From Acidobacteriaceae bacterium (GTDB lineage: Bacteria > Acidobacteriota > Terriglobia > Terriglobales > Acidobacteriaceae), in NCBI GenBank assembly GCA_965276675.1, contig OZ255624.1, forward strand, positions 2,362,943 through 2,426,942: a stretch of 64,000 nucleotides of DNA, written 5' to 3'. Below the pieces are notes generated by a model. The model worked only from the letters and a program-made list of their open reading frames with translations, had not been told where the DNA came from and did no database searches. A program made the translations under genes and the position numbers. Positions 45,539 to 55,344 of the stretch are shown here, piece by piece (position 1 is the stretch's first letter; every line of letters starts with the position of its first letter).

Positions 45539-47539
45539 ATGCCCGATTATATTTACCTGCTAGAAAACCGGCTCTCTCCCGCCCAACAATCCGTGCTTCG
45601 CGTGCTTCGCGACGTCGCCCGTGACAAGGGAATGACCATCTTTCTCACCGGGGGCGCGGTACGCGATCTGACCAGCGGGTCATCGGTTCGTGACCTTGAT
45701 GTAACGGTTCAAGGAAATGCGCTTAGCCTGATGCAGGCAATTCTGAATACAGGCGCTACCTTGTGGGGCAAGCACGAATCCTCCCAGACGCTCTTTCTGC
45801 ACTTTCCCGGCAGTGTGCGCATGGAGGTCTCGAGCGCGCGGCGGGACGAGTTCCCCAAGCCCGGTGAGCCCGTCTATAAGTGGGCCAGCATTCACGATGA
45901 CCTGCGGCGGCGAGACTTTACGGTTAATGCCATGGCCTTATCGCTCAATGACGGCTCTTATGGTTTGCTGATGGACCCTACCAACGGCGTAGCCGATCTG
46001 GAGATGCGGATGCTCCGGTTGGTCAGCAACTACGGCTTTTTGGAAGATCCCATTCGGCTGATCCGGGCCGCCCGGCTGAGTGCGCGTCTGGGCTGGCATA
46101 TGGATGAGAAGACCAAGGCGCGGTTCGATGCGGCAATCCAAGAGGGCGTCATCTCCGCTATTTCAGCCTACCAGCGGGGATATGAACTGGAAGAGATTGG
46201 ATTCGAGGAAAATCCGCTCGAAATGCTGAAGGCGCTCGAAGCGGAGGGCTGGACCAAGTACCTCTATCCAAGCTGGACGGTGGACAAGGCGGACGTGCAA
46301 GGGCTGGAGCAGATGCATGAGGTGCTCACGCGGCTGGAGATGCAGGGCATTCACCCGGAGGGTTCCACGGCCGCTATGGAGCTGCTGACGGCCAAGATGC
46401 AGCCCAAAGAACGTGCGGGGCTGAAGGCATTGTTCGTTCGGCCGGGCTTTGCTGCTGATTGGGAACGTCTGGACGCCGACGCGAGCGACTTTGCGAAGCA
46501 GCTGACCGCAAAGGATGCGAATACCCCTTCAGCAACCTGGAAGCTCTTTATGCGAGCGAATCCGGAAGCTGTCCTCTGGCTGGCTCTCACCGGAAAGGGC
46601 GCCGCAGTTCAGAATAAGTTCAAGAACTTTTTTAATGTTTGGCCCGAGGCGAAGCAGAAAGTACCGACAGTGCTGATGCTGGAGATGCGTATCACGCCCG
46701 AGCTCGACCGTTACCCAGAGCTGCTGCAGGAGTTGTTTTACGGAACCATCGACGGCAAACTGGAGACAGAAGAGCAGTTACGGGCCTTTTTGGAGCCCTA
46801 CTCGCCACCTGCGCCACCACCACCGGTGACTGTGCGTCGTCCGCGCGCCTCCAAAAAGGCGGCTGGCAAGAAGCAGGCGGAAACCCCAGACGAGAGCTCT
46901 CAAGAGCTACTGGCCACCGCTCCAGAGCCCTACCAAGAAGAGGTCGAACGGGAGAATGCACTCCGGGAAATTCCCGGTATGGCTCCAGTCAAAGGGTTGG
47001 GAAAGGCTGTTCGTGAGAAAGTGGTGCCGGTGGAGAAGTCCCCCGCCGCGCCAGCGGATAAATCAGTATCGGGCCCGAAGAAGGGGCTCACTGCAAAGAC
47101 CAAGTTGGAACGTTCGCCGGTGGAGCAAGCAGGCCGGTTGGCAGGGAAGAAGATTGCACAGGAAGCCCCTGCCACCGCGCGGAGTCACAAGGCAAAGAAA
47201 GCAATCCCCGAACCGGCAAAAGCAGAGCCGGTAAAATCAGCAAAGAAAGCCACGCCATCCGCCAAAGTTGCAGCGAAGGCCGTGCCCACGAAGGCGGCCC
47301 ACGCAAAGGCTGGCAAGAAAAGCACTGCCGCTCCTGCCAAGAAGCAGGCGGCACCTGCAAAGGGTTCGCCGAAGACCGCACCAGTGCCAAATAAGGGAAA
47401 GAAGGCTGCAGCGCCTGTCAAGGGAAAGAAGGCGCAGGTCAAAAAATCGTCAGGCAGGGGAAACGCAAAACCAGCCGCCGTAAAAACCTCAAAGGCCAGG
47501 AAACCCTCCAAGGCCGCACAGACTAAGCAAAAACGATAA
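45539..47539 (+). CDS. class II nucleotidyltransferase (CCA-adding enzyme / poly(A) polymerase family) with Lys/Ala/Pro-rich C-terminal tail
   Basis: Head-domain motifs FLTGGAVRDLTSGSSVRDLDVTV and RRDFTVNAMALSL. The C-terminal region of about 245 aa is low complexity and ends in AKKA/PAKK repeats. Start set at MPDYIYLL (45539). Confidence 0.8.
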   Translation: MPDYIYLLENRLSPAQQSVLRVLRDVARDKGMTIFLTGGAVRDLTSGSSVRDLDVTVQGNALSLMQAILNTGATLWGKHESSQTLFLHFPGSVRMEVSSARRDEFPKPGEPVYKWASIHDDLRRRDFTVNAMALSLNDGSYGLLMDPTNGVADLEMRMLRLVSNYGFLEDPIRLIRAARLSARLGWHMDEKTKARFDAAIQEGVISAISAYQRGYELEEIGFEENPLEMLKALEAEGWTKYLYPSWTVDKADVQGLEQMHEVLTRLEMQGIHPEGSTAAMELLTAKMQPKERAGLKALFVRPGFAADWERLDADASDFAKQLTAKDANTPSATWKLFMRANPEAVLWLALTGKGAAVQNKFKNFFNVWPEAKQKVPTVLMLEMRITPELDRYPELLQELFYGTIDGKLETEEQLRAFLEPYSPPAPPPPVTVRRPRASKKAAGKKQAETPDESSQELLATAPEPYQEEVERENALREIPGMAPVKGLGKAVREKVVPVEKSPAAPADKSVSGPKKGLTAKTKLERSPVEQAGRLAGKKIAQEAPATARSHKAKKAIPEPAKAEPVKSAKKATPSAKVAAKAVPTKAAHAKAGKKSTAAPAKKQAAPAKGSPKTAPVPNKGKKAAAPVKGKKAQVKKSSGRGNAKPAAVKTSKARKPSKAAQTKQKR

Positions 47540-47682
47540 CCATCCGAGGTACCCCACGCTGTGGTCTTCGGAGTGTGTTTCACGGGGGCAGTTCTGCACA
47601 CTTGCGTCCCTGTTCTTCACAGGAGATCGTCCACCCGGAAGGTATTCTCAGACGCGTCGCGGAACTAGAATAGGGGTACCCC

Positions 47683-50600
47683 ATGGCAGAGTTTATCCAC
47701 CTCCATCTGCATACGGACTACTCACTTCTGGATGGCGCTTGCGATGTCGAGAAGCTAGTCTCCCGCGTCGACTCTATCGGCCAGAAGGCCGTGGCGATCA
47801 CCGATCACGGCAATATCTATGGCGCCGTGCACTTCTTTGACGCGGCCAAGGCTATGGGCATTAAGCCGATTCTGGGTTGCGAACTGTATGTCTGCAAAAA
47901 AGAAGACCATCGCGCAGATCCTCAAGGCGACGACTATAACCACCTGCTGGTGCTGGCGGAGAACGAAGAAGGCTATCGTAATCTGGTCCGGATCACCTCT
48001 GAAGCATCGCTTCATGGTTTCTATCGCAAGCCACGTATAAGCAAAAACTTCCTGGCAAAGCATAGTGGTGGACTGGTGGGCTTTTCTGGTTGCCTGGCGG
48101 GTGAATTGTGCGAGAATCTGATGGCCGGCAACTACAATGCCGCGCGCGCCACAGCTTCGCAGTATCAGGACATCTTCGGCAAGGGCAACTTCTTCCTGGA
48201 GATTCAGGATCAGGGCTTGGAGCTCGAAAAGAAGATCCACGCGGATCTTTTTAAGCTCGAAAGAGACCTTAACATTCCGCTTATCGCCACCAATGACAGC
48301 CATTATCTGTGCGAGGATGACCACCACGCCCATGAGGTGCTGCTTTGCGTGCAGACGGCTGGGTCGATTCACGACCCGAAGCGATTCAAGTTCGACTCCG
48401 ACCAGTTCTATGTCAAGTCTGCAGTGGAGATGGAGAAGCTGTTCTCGCATGCGCCGGAGGTGGTGAGCCGGACGATGCAGTTCGCCGAGCGCTGTTCGCT
48501 CAAGTTGAACAAAGTCGACAATCCATTCCCGGAGTTTGCCGTACCCGCCGGTCATACGATTGACAGCTACTTCGAGCAGGTGTGCCGGAACGGCTTTGAC
48601 AAGCGGCTAGCGGGAGCAATCCATCACCTGCAGGAGCGCGGGCTGCTGCGCAAGTCTATCTCGGATTATCGCGAGCGACTGGAGCGCGAACTAGACTGCA
48701 TCAAGCAGATGAAGTTCCCGGGATACTTCCTGATCGTGTGGGACTTTATCCGCTATGCTCGCGAGCATGACATTCCGGTCGGTCCGGGGCGAGGGTCGGC
48801 GGCTGGGTCGCTAGTGGCCTATGTGATGGAGATCACCGACATTGATCCATTGCAGAATGAGCTACTCTTCGAACGGTTTCTGAACCCGGAACGCGTATCG
48901 ATGCCCGACATCGACATTGATTTCTGCATGAACCGGCGCGGTGAGGTCATCGACTACGTCACCCGGAAGTATGGCCGCGAGCAGGTCGCTCAAATTATCA
49001 CCTTCAACACCATGGCGGCGAAGGCGGCGATCAAGGACGTTGGCCGCGCGCTTGATATGCCGTATGGCGACGTGGACCGGATCGCGAAGCTTATCCCGAC
49101 GACAATCGGCATCACCATTGAGCGGGCGCTCAAGGATTCACCGCAGCTGCAACAAGCCTACGACGCGGACACGCAAGTACGCGAACTAGTGGACACTGCG
49201 CGCAAACTTGAGGGCTTGGTGCGTGGGGCGGGAGTGCACGCGGCTGGTGTCGTGATCTCCCCTCAACCGCTGACTGAATTGGTTCCTGTAAGCCGTTCCA
49301 AGAACGAGGAGATCGTCACTGCTTATGACATGAAGGCGGTCGAGAAGCTAGGTCTGCTCAAGATGGATTTCCTAGGGCTGACCACGCTTACCGTTATCGA
49401 TGACTGCCTGAAGCTGATCCGGAAAAATCAGATTGTCGACGGAGCGGGCGTCGAGCTGGATATGGCGATGGTGCCACTAGACGACGTTGAGACCTACGAG
49501 CGCGTCTTTCACCGGGCGCTTACCTCAGGCGTCTTCCAATTCGAGTCTGGCGGCATGCGGGATGTGCTGCGGCGCTACAAACCGCAAAGCGTGGAAGACT
49601 TGACCGCGCTCAATGCGCTCTACCGGCCGGGGCCGATCCAAGGCGGGATGATTGATGACTTCATCGAGCGAAAGTGGGGTCGCCGGGAGGTCACGTATGA
49701 CATGACGGAACTCGAGAAGATCCTAAAGGAGACGCTCGGGGTCATCGTGTATCAGGAACAGGTGATGCAGATAGCGAATGCGCTGGCCGGATACTCATTG
49801 GGCGAAGCCGATCTGCTGCGCCGGGCGATGGGTAAGAAGAACGCCGAGGAGATGGCCAAGCAGCGGGTCCGCTTCGCCGAGGGTGCGGCGGAGCGCAAAC
49901 ACCCCAAGGACAAAGCGACGCGCATCTTCGACCTGATGGAGCAGTTTGCCGGGTACGGCTTCAACAAGTCGCATTCGGCGGCGTACGCGCTACTGGCGTA
50001 CCACACGGCGTATCTAAAGACGCACTACCCGGTCGAGTTCATGTCGGCGCTGCTGACCTCCGAGATCTCAAAGCCGGAGAATGTGGTGAAGTACATCGGC
50101 GAGTGCCGCGAGATCGGCATTCAGGTGGAGCCGCCGAATGTACAGATCTCGGACGCGGACTTCACGCCGGACGGCAGTGTGATCCGCTTCGGCCTGACAG
50201 CGATCAAGAATGTGGGCCGCAACGCGATCGACTCCATCCTTCAGGCACGCGCGAAGCTGCAGGGGGACGAAAGCCGCGGCTTCGCTTCGCTCTGGGAGTT
50301 CTGCGAGGTGGTCGACCTGCGCCTGCTGAACAAGCGCGTGATCGAGTCGCTGATCAAGTCCGGAGCTATGGACAGTTTCGGCCGGCGCGGGCAGTTGATG
50401 GCCGCGGTGGATAAGGCGATGGAGCGAGCGCAGAAATCGCAGCGTGATATCGCGGCGGGGCAGCACGGACTTTTTGGCGGGCTGGCCGGCATCTTTGACG
50501 ACGCGCCTGCGGCCGGAGCGGCGCCCGATCCGCTGCCCAATGTGCCGGATTGGGATGAGAACCAGCGGCTGCAGTCGGAGAAGGATGTGCTGGGCTTCTT

Positions 50601-51231
50601 TGTCTCCGGCCACCCTATGGACAAGTACGCGGACAAGCTCAAGAATCTGCACGCCGTCGATACGGCGACGGCGCTGGAGATGAAACCCCCGCCTCCGCCC
50701 ACGCGGCGGGGCCAGCCGCAGCCGGAGAACGATATCGCCATTGCTGGAGTGATCGTCGGGCTGAAGGTGGCGAAGTCGAAGCGGTCGGGCGAGCTGTACG
50801 CCCAGGCTTCGCTTGAGGATACGGTGGGCAAGATCGACCTGATCTGCTTCCCGAAGGACTATGAAAAGCTGGCCGAGCTGCTGAAGATCGACGTGCCGGT
50901 GCTGGTCAAAGGTCAGCTACGTGCCGATGAAGATGCCGCGCCGAAGTTGTGTGTTGGGTCGATCCAAGCGCTCGAAGACGTGAGGATCAAGCTGCCGGGG
51001 AGTGTGCGCATCAAGGTGACGCTCGACCGTGCCAGTAACCAGACGCTGATTTCATTGCACGAGATGATCCAGGCAGCGCCTGGGCCGGGACGGCTGATGA
51101 TCAACCTGGAGCAGCGGGGCGAGTTCGTCGTGATGCTGGAGCCGGAGGGGATCACAGTGGGCGCTGACCGCGGATTTATCGAGCGCGCGGAGGAGTTGCT
51201 GGGCCGCGGCACGGTGCAGACGATCGAGTAA
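47683..51231 (+). CDS. dnaE: DNA polymerase III alpha subunit
   Basis: PHP domain (FIHLHLHTDYSLLDGA), a polymerase core (PGRGSAAGSLVAYVMEITDIDP, MPDIDIDF) and an OB fold near the C-terminus. The length is 1182 aa. Confidence 0.97.
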   Translation: MAEFIHLHLHTDYSLLDGACDVEKLVSRVDSIGQKAVAITDHGNIYGAVHFFDAAKAMGIKPILGCELYVCKKEDHRADPQGDDYNHLLVLAENEEGYRNLVRITSEASLHGFYRKPRISKNFLAKHSGGLVGFSGCLAGELCENLMAGNYNAARATASQYQDIFGKGNFFLEIQDQGLELEKKIHADLFKLERDLNIPLIATNDSHYLCEDDHHAHEVLLCVQTAGSIHDPKRFKFDSDQFYVKSAVEMEKLFSHAPEVVSRTMQFAERCSLKLNKVDNPFPEFAVPAGHTIDSYFEQVCRNGFDKRLAGAIHHLQERGLLRKSISDYRERLERELDCIKQMKFPGYFLIVWDFIRYAREHDIPVGPGRGSAAGSLVAYVMEITDIDPLQNELLFERFLNPERVSMPDIDIDFCMNRRGEVIDYVTRKYGREQVAQIITFNTMAAKAAIKDVGRALDMPYGDVDRIAKLIPTTIGITIERALKDSPQLQQAYDADTQVRELVDTARKLEGLVRGAGVHAAGVVISPQPLTELVPVSRSKNEEIVTAYDMKAVEKLGLLKMDFLGLTTLTVIDDCLKLIRKNQIVDGAGVELDMAMVPLDDVETYERVFHRALTSGVFQFESGGMRDVLRRYKPQSVEDLTALNALYRPGPIQGGMIDDFIERKWGRREVTYDMTELEKILKETLGVIVYQEQVMQIANALAGYSLGEADLLRRAMGKKNAEEMAKQRVRFAEGAAERKHPKDKATRIFDLMEQFAGYGFNKSHSAAYALLAYHTAYLKTHYPVEFMSALLTSEISKPENVVKYIGECREIGIQVEPPNVQISDADFTPDGSVIRFGLTAIKNVGRNAIDSILQARAKLQGDESRGFASLWEFCEVVDLRLLNKRVIESLIKSGAMDSFGRRGQLMAAVDKAMERAQKSQRDIAAGQHGLFGGLAGIFDDAPAAGAAPDPLPNVPDWDENQRLQSEKDVLGFFVSGHPMDKYADKLKNLHAVDTATALEMKPPPPPTRRGQPQPENDIAIAGVIVGLKVAKSKRSGELYAQASLEDTVGKIDLICFPKDYEKLAELLKIDVPVLVKGQLRADEDAAPKLCVGSIQALEDVRIKLPGSVRIKVTLDRASNQTLISLHEMIQAAPGPGRLMINLEQRGEFVVMLEPEGITVGADRGFIERAEELLGRGTVQTIE

Positions 51232-51410
51232 CGCGCTACTTTGCGGGAAACTCGAGGCGCACATCTGCGGCTGCCCGGATGCCGGTGGTGCGCTACGGCG
51301 ACGAGATGCATCCGCATGCGCAAGGAGGTGCCGGAGATTGGCTGGGGAGTGTTCACCATCCTGAAGACGCACGATCCGGAGGTGCCTTCAGGTAGAACAA
51401 CAGCAGCAGG

Positions 51411-52919
51411 CTATGCGTAGTCGAAGACGGTCATGAACCCGTAGTCCATATGCAGTTGCTGATGACAGTGGAAGAGCGTCCGCCCGGGATTGTCGGCTAT
51501 GAAATCTACATCCGCCTCCTGGTATCCGCCCAGCATGAGGACATCCTTCATCACGCCTGAGGTCGACTGCCCCGCGATGCGTGTCAGCTCGAAGCTGTGC
51601 CGGTGCAGGTGAATAGGATGAATGTCGTCACTAGCGTTTCGCATACGTAGCCGGTAGCGCCTCCCCTGCTTCAGGTGATGCGAAGGCGGGGCCATCATTT
51701 GATCGAACGGATACGCGACTCCGTTGATGCTCCAGACATTGAAGCCGTCGTGCGCTGCATTGTCCTTCGCGAAGATCATGTCGATCACTTCGTCGGGCTC
51801 CCGTGATGGGCCCCCTGCGTTGCCGAAATGTGCATAGTTCCAATGAAACGGCTTGGGCGCAATCCACTGTGGCTTACCAGTGTGCCCCGCATACTCGATC
51901 ACGATGCCCATGCCATGATGGCGGTCGTCGTCCCCCGTGTCTCCCATGATCCACACACCGGGGTGATTCATTTCGACGATCGCTGAGACCCGCTCGGCGG
52001 TCCCCAGCCAGAGTCCGGGTACGCGCACTGGCCTGGAGAGCGGATTGCCGTCCATCGCGACCACTGAAAACGAGTGCCCAGGGAGCGCGAGGCTGCGAAT
52101 CTCCCCGGCGCTTCCATTGAGAACATGGAAGAGCACGCGCTCACCCTGCTTCACCCGTATAGGTTCACCGTGGCCTAGCATGCGGCCGTTGATGGTGAAA
52201 GAACCGTACCCGATCTCATAGCCATGAGGCATGCCCTTTGCGAGCGAGGCGTTCATCGCGCGCTCACCCTTGTCTTTCAGGCTCTTCACCGTGGTTGCTG
52301 GTGACAAGAAGTCCATCGCCATGTCCCCGCCCCGGCTGAAGGTGGGTTCGAATTCCTTCAGGGTGAGAAAGACTTCGCGGTCATAGCTGCCCGGACTGTT
52401 CCGCGGTTCGATGTACACGGGGCCGACGAGCCCGCTATATTGCCCAGCGCTCAGATCGCTCCCGGCACGCACATGCGTGTGGTAGAAGCGGTAGCCCGAA
52501 GGCTTTGGAACAAACGAGATGCGACGGCTTCCATGAGGAGGGATGAAAGGCGTCCCTTCTTCCGCGGCGCCATCCACATCTGGAGAGACGCATTGCCCAT
52601 GCCAGTGCAACTGCTCAGGCGTGTCCGTCTCATTGCGAACATTCACCGTGACCCGCTGGCCTTCCTTGAATCGGAGCAACGGTCCAGGAAATTGCCCGTT
52701 ATAGGTGGTGACGGAGACGATGCGCTTTGGAGCGAGTTCGATTGGCTTGGTGGTTATCGTGAGTGTGTAGTCGGCGGGGCCCTCAGCCTGTGAAGCAGCT
52801 CCGCGCTCCCGGTCTGTCGGCGACTGGCTGAAGATGTTTGGGGGCGAAAGCAAAGCAGTACCGGCGGCAGCTCCAGTAGCTTTCAAGAAGTTTCGACGCG
52901 AGAGATGGGATTGTGACAT
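51411..52919 (-). CDS. multicopper oxidase (Tat-exported)
   Basis: Twin-arginine signal (SRRNFLKATGAAAGTAL) and copper-site motifs (LHWHGQ, FYHTH, HPIHLHRH, FHCHQQLHMDYGFM). Confidence 0.9.
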   Translation of the reverse strand: MSQSHLSRRNFLKATGAAAGTALLSPPNIFSQSPTDRERGAASQAEGPADYTLTITTKPIELAPKRIVSVTTYNGQFPGPLLRFKEGQRVTVNVRNETDTPEQLHWHGQCVSPDVDGAAEEGTPFIPPHGSRRISFVPKPSGYRFYHTHVRAGSDLSAGQYSGLVGPVYIEPRNSPGSYDREVFLTLKEFEPTFSRGGDMAMDFLSPATTVKSLKDKGERAMNASLAKGMPHGYEIGYGSFTINGRMLGHGEPIRVKQGERVLFHVLNGSAGEIRSLALPGHSFSVVAMDGNPLSRPVRVPGLWLGTAERVSAIVEMNHPGVWIMGDTGDDDRHHGMGIVIEYAGHTGKPQWIAPKPFHWNYAHFGNAGGPSREPDEVIDMIFAKDNAAHDGFNVWSINGVAYPFDQMMAPPSHHLKQGRRYRLRMRNASDDIHPIHLHRHSFELTRIAGQSTSGVMKDVLMLGGYQEADVDFIADNPGRTLFHCHQQLHMDYGFMTVFDYA

Positions 52920-52975
52920 GCTTCTCCCGGCTGCGTGGGGCCGACAGCAAGTAGGATGCGCGGCGGATGCAGCAA

Positions 52976-53197
52976 TTATTTCTGGGGAGGGAAGGTTTCG
53001 GCTTTCATCGAGCCGTCGCGCTGCTTGAGCAGGATCTGGACTTTGCCTTCGGCGGTGTCTAGCTCTTGTTTGCAGAGGCCGGAGAGGCGCACGCCGTCTT
53101 CGAAGAGGCGGATGGAGTCTTCGAGTGGCAGGTCGCCGCGTTCGAGCTGGGCGACGATGGTCTCCAACTGCTTGAGCGACTCTTCAAAGCTTGCCAA
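52976..53197 (-). CDS. xseB: exodeoxyribonuclease VII small subunit
   Basis: 73 aa. FEESLKQLETIVAQLERGDLPLEDSIRLFEDGVRLSGLCKQEL is the canonical XseB pattern. The start overlaps the upstream gene's 3' end by 14 nt. Confidence 0.9.
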   Translation of the reverse strand: MASFEESLKQLETIVAQLERGDLPLEDSIRLFEDGVRLSGLCKQELDTAEGKVQILLKQRDGSMKAETFPPQK

Positions 53198-55124
53198 CGC
53201 GTGCGCTCTCCTTCTGTTTCGGTTTCGTGGGGAGAGCGGGCGTGGACGTCTCCGCGGTGGACGCAGTGGGCTGCGGCAAGACGGAGTTGAGGATCTCTAC
53301 CGCGAGCCCGTAGCGGCCAAAGGGCGCGCTGACCTGCACGCCTTGCACCATGGGGCGTGCCTCGGTGAGCATCTCCTGGGCGATGCGAATGCCCTCGGCG
53401 CGGGCCAGCTCCGGTGTGTCGGCCTTGGCCATGCGCCCCATGATCTCGTCGGGCATGGAGACGCGGAGGTCGTTCTTCATGAATTCGGCGTTGCGCAGGC
53501 TGGTGAGCGGCCAGATGCCAGCGACGACCGGGATGCGGAAGCCCTCGATGCGCTTGAGGAAGGCTTCGAGCAAGCGCAAGTCGAAGACCGGCTGGGTGAT
53601 GGCGTACTCGGCGCCGGCCTCCACCTTGTAGGCGAAGCGGCGGATCTCGTTGTCGATGTCTGGTACGCCGGGGTTGGCGGCTACGCCGATGGTGAAGCCG
53701 GTAGAGCCACCAATGGGGTTGCCGCCGATGTCCAGGCCGTGGTTGAGGCGGTTGACGATATTGACCAGGCCGATGGCGTCGACGTCGAAGACTGCGGTGG
53801 CGTCGGGGTAGTTGCCGAGCTTGGGTGGATCGCCGGTGAGGCAGAGGATGTTCTTGAGACCGATGGAGGAGGCCCCGAGCAGGTCGGACTGGATGCTGAG
53901 GACGTTGCGGTCGCGGCAGGTGTAGTGGAGTACGGTTTCGACGCCGGTGTGCTGCTGGATCTGGATGCAGAGGCTCTGGGCGCTCATGCGGGCGGAGGCG
54001 CGCGGGGAATCCGGCACGTTGATGGCGTGGATGCCGGTGGCAGCGAGGGTGCGCGCGCCCTCGATCTCCTTGGTGCAGTCGATGCCCTTGGGCGGAACGA
54101 TCTCGACCATGGTAATGAAGGCGTCGGCCGCTATGAGCGCGCCAATGCCGGAGCGCTGGGCGATAGCCGCTGGCGGGGTTTCGGTGAGGATGGGAGCGCG
54201 GGAGCCGGCGGGCACGCTGGTCGCCTGCGCATCCATGGCGCGGATAGCGGACTTCATGGCACGAATGTGGTTGGGCGTGGTGCCGCAGCAGCCGCCGATG
54301 AACTGCACGCCCGCCTTGACGAACTTGCGTGCAAAGCTGGCCATGTACTCCGGCGAGCAGAGATAGATGTTGCGGCCGTCGACGGCGCGGGGCATGCCAG
54401 CATTGGGCATGGCGAGCAGGGGCAGGTCGGTGGCGGTGCGCATGCGCTCTATCGCGGTGAGCACGGTGGCAGGACCGAGCGAGCAGTTGCAGCCCACCGC
54501 ATCGGCGCCAGCGGTGGTGAGGCGGGCGGCGGCGACCTCGACCGGCGCACCATCCAGGCAGTTCGCGTCTTCATCCACGGTGACCATGGCGAGGATGGGG
54601 AGCTCGGGCGCGACCTCGCGGGCGGCGAGGATGGCCTGCTCCGCCTCGTTCAGCGCAGGGAGGGTTTCGATCATCAGGAGGTCGACACCGCCCGCGACCA
54701 GCCCACGGATCTGCGCGGCAAAGGCTTCGCGGGCCTCTTCGAGGGCGGTCTTGCCCAGGGGTTCGAGCAGTATCCCGAGGGGACCGACGGAGCCGGCGAC
54801 AAAAGCAGCGCCTGCTTGCTTGTCTGCCAGCTGGGCGACGGCTTGGCGGGCGAGGCGCGCTCCGGCTTCGTTGATCTCGGTGACTTTGTCTTCCAGTCCA
54901 TAGCGGCGGAGGCGAAAGGCGTTCGCGCCGAAGGTGTTGGTCTCGATGATCTCGGCGCCGGCTTGGAGGTACTCCTCGTGGACGGAGCGCACCAGCTCGG
55001 GCTGCGAGAGGTTCAGCTCGTCAAAGCAGCGATTGATGAAGATGCCCCGGGCATAGAGCGTAGTGCCCATAGCGCCGTCGCAAAGAACGGTACGGTTGGC
55101 AAAGAGACTCCCGAGTCGTGCCAT
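53184..55124 (-). CDS. bifunctional homocysteine S-methyltransferase / 5,10-methylenetetrahydrofolate reductase (YitJ-like)
   Basis: The N-terminal Hcy-binding domain has LCDGAMGTTLY...IETNTFGAN...GCNCS...GGCCGTTP (Zn Cys ligands). The C-terminal MTHFR domain has VEIVPPKG...HYTCRDRN...LCLTGDPP...NPG. Confidence 0.9.
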   Translation of the reverse strand: MARLGSLFANRTVLCDGAMGTTLYARGIFINRCFDELNLSQPELVRSVHEEYLQAGAEIIETNTFGANAFRLRRYGLEDKVTEINEAGARLARQAVAQLADKQAGAAFVAGSVGPLGILLEPLGKTALEEAREAFAAQIRGLVAGGVDLLMIETLPALNEAEQAILAAREVAPELPILAMVTVDEDANCLDGAPVEVAAARLTTAGADAVGCNCSLGPATVLTAIERMRTATDLPLLAMPNAGMPRAVDGRNIYLCSPEYMASFARKFVKAGVQFIGGCCGTTPNHIRAMKSAIRAMDAQATSVPAGSRAPILTETPPAAIAQRSGIGALIAADAFITMVEIVPPKGIDCTKEIEGARTLAATGIHAINVPDSPRASARMSAQSLCIQIQQHTGVETVLHYTCRDRNVLSIQSDLLGASSIGLKNILCLTGDPPKLGNYPDATAVFDVDAIGLVNIVNRLNHGLDIGGNPIGGSTGFTIGVAANPGVPDIDNEIRRFAYKVEAGAEYAITQPVFDLRLLEAFLKRIEGFRIPVVAGIWPLTSLRNAEFMKNDLRVSMPDEIMGRMAKADTPELARAEGIRIAQEMLTEARPMVQGVQVSAPFGRYGLAVEILNSVLPQPTASTAETSTPALPTKPKQKESARVGKL

Positions 55125-55344
55125 CTCAACATGCTAGACCATTTAAGGGCAAATGTAGACTCAGAGAACAGAAGTGAACACAGTCGTTCTTCGCGGAACG
55201 GCCACACGGAGCGGGCCTTCGCGCCAGCCACAGTAACCTTGACAATGGTTAGACACAGGCCAGGTGGGAACGCCAAACGCTTTGGTATACTTAGCCTTTC
55301 CCGCGCAAGAGATCTGTGCAGTGAAGGTCGAGGTCCATAGAGTT

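Noticed and set aside
55125-55263. Possible SAM riboswitch in the 5' leader of the YitJ-like gene (B. subtilis yitJ has an S-box)
   Set aside because: The minus-strand leader lacks the conserved SAM-I core strings (GAGGGA, GGCAACC, AGATGAG). I could not recognise other SAM-class motifs by eye. A covariance-model scan would be needed to exclude it fully.
52935-55340. 801-aa plus-strand ORF, the longest unassigned ORF in the track
   Set aside because: It lies antisense to xseB and the clearly recognisable Hcy-methyltransferase/MTHFR gene. Its translation is Gly/Ala/Arg/Asp-rich with no motifs, which is the typical shadow ORF of GC-rich DNA.
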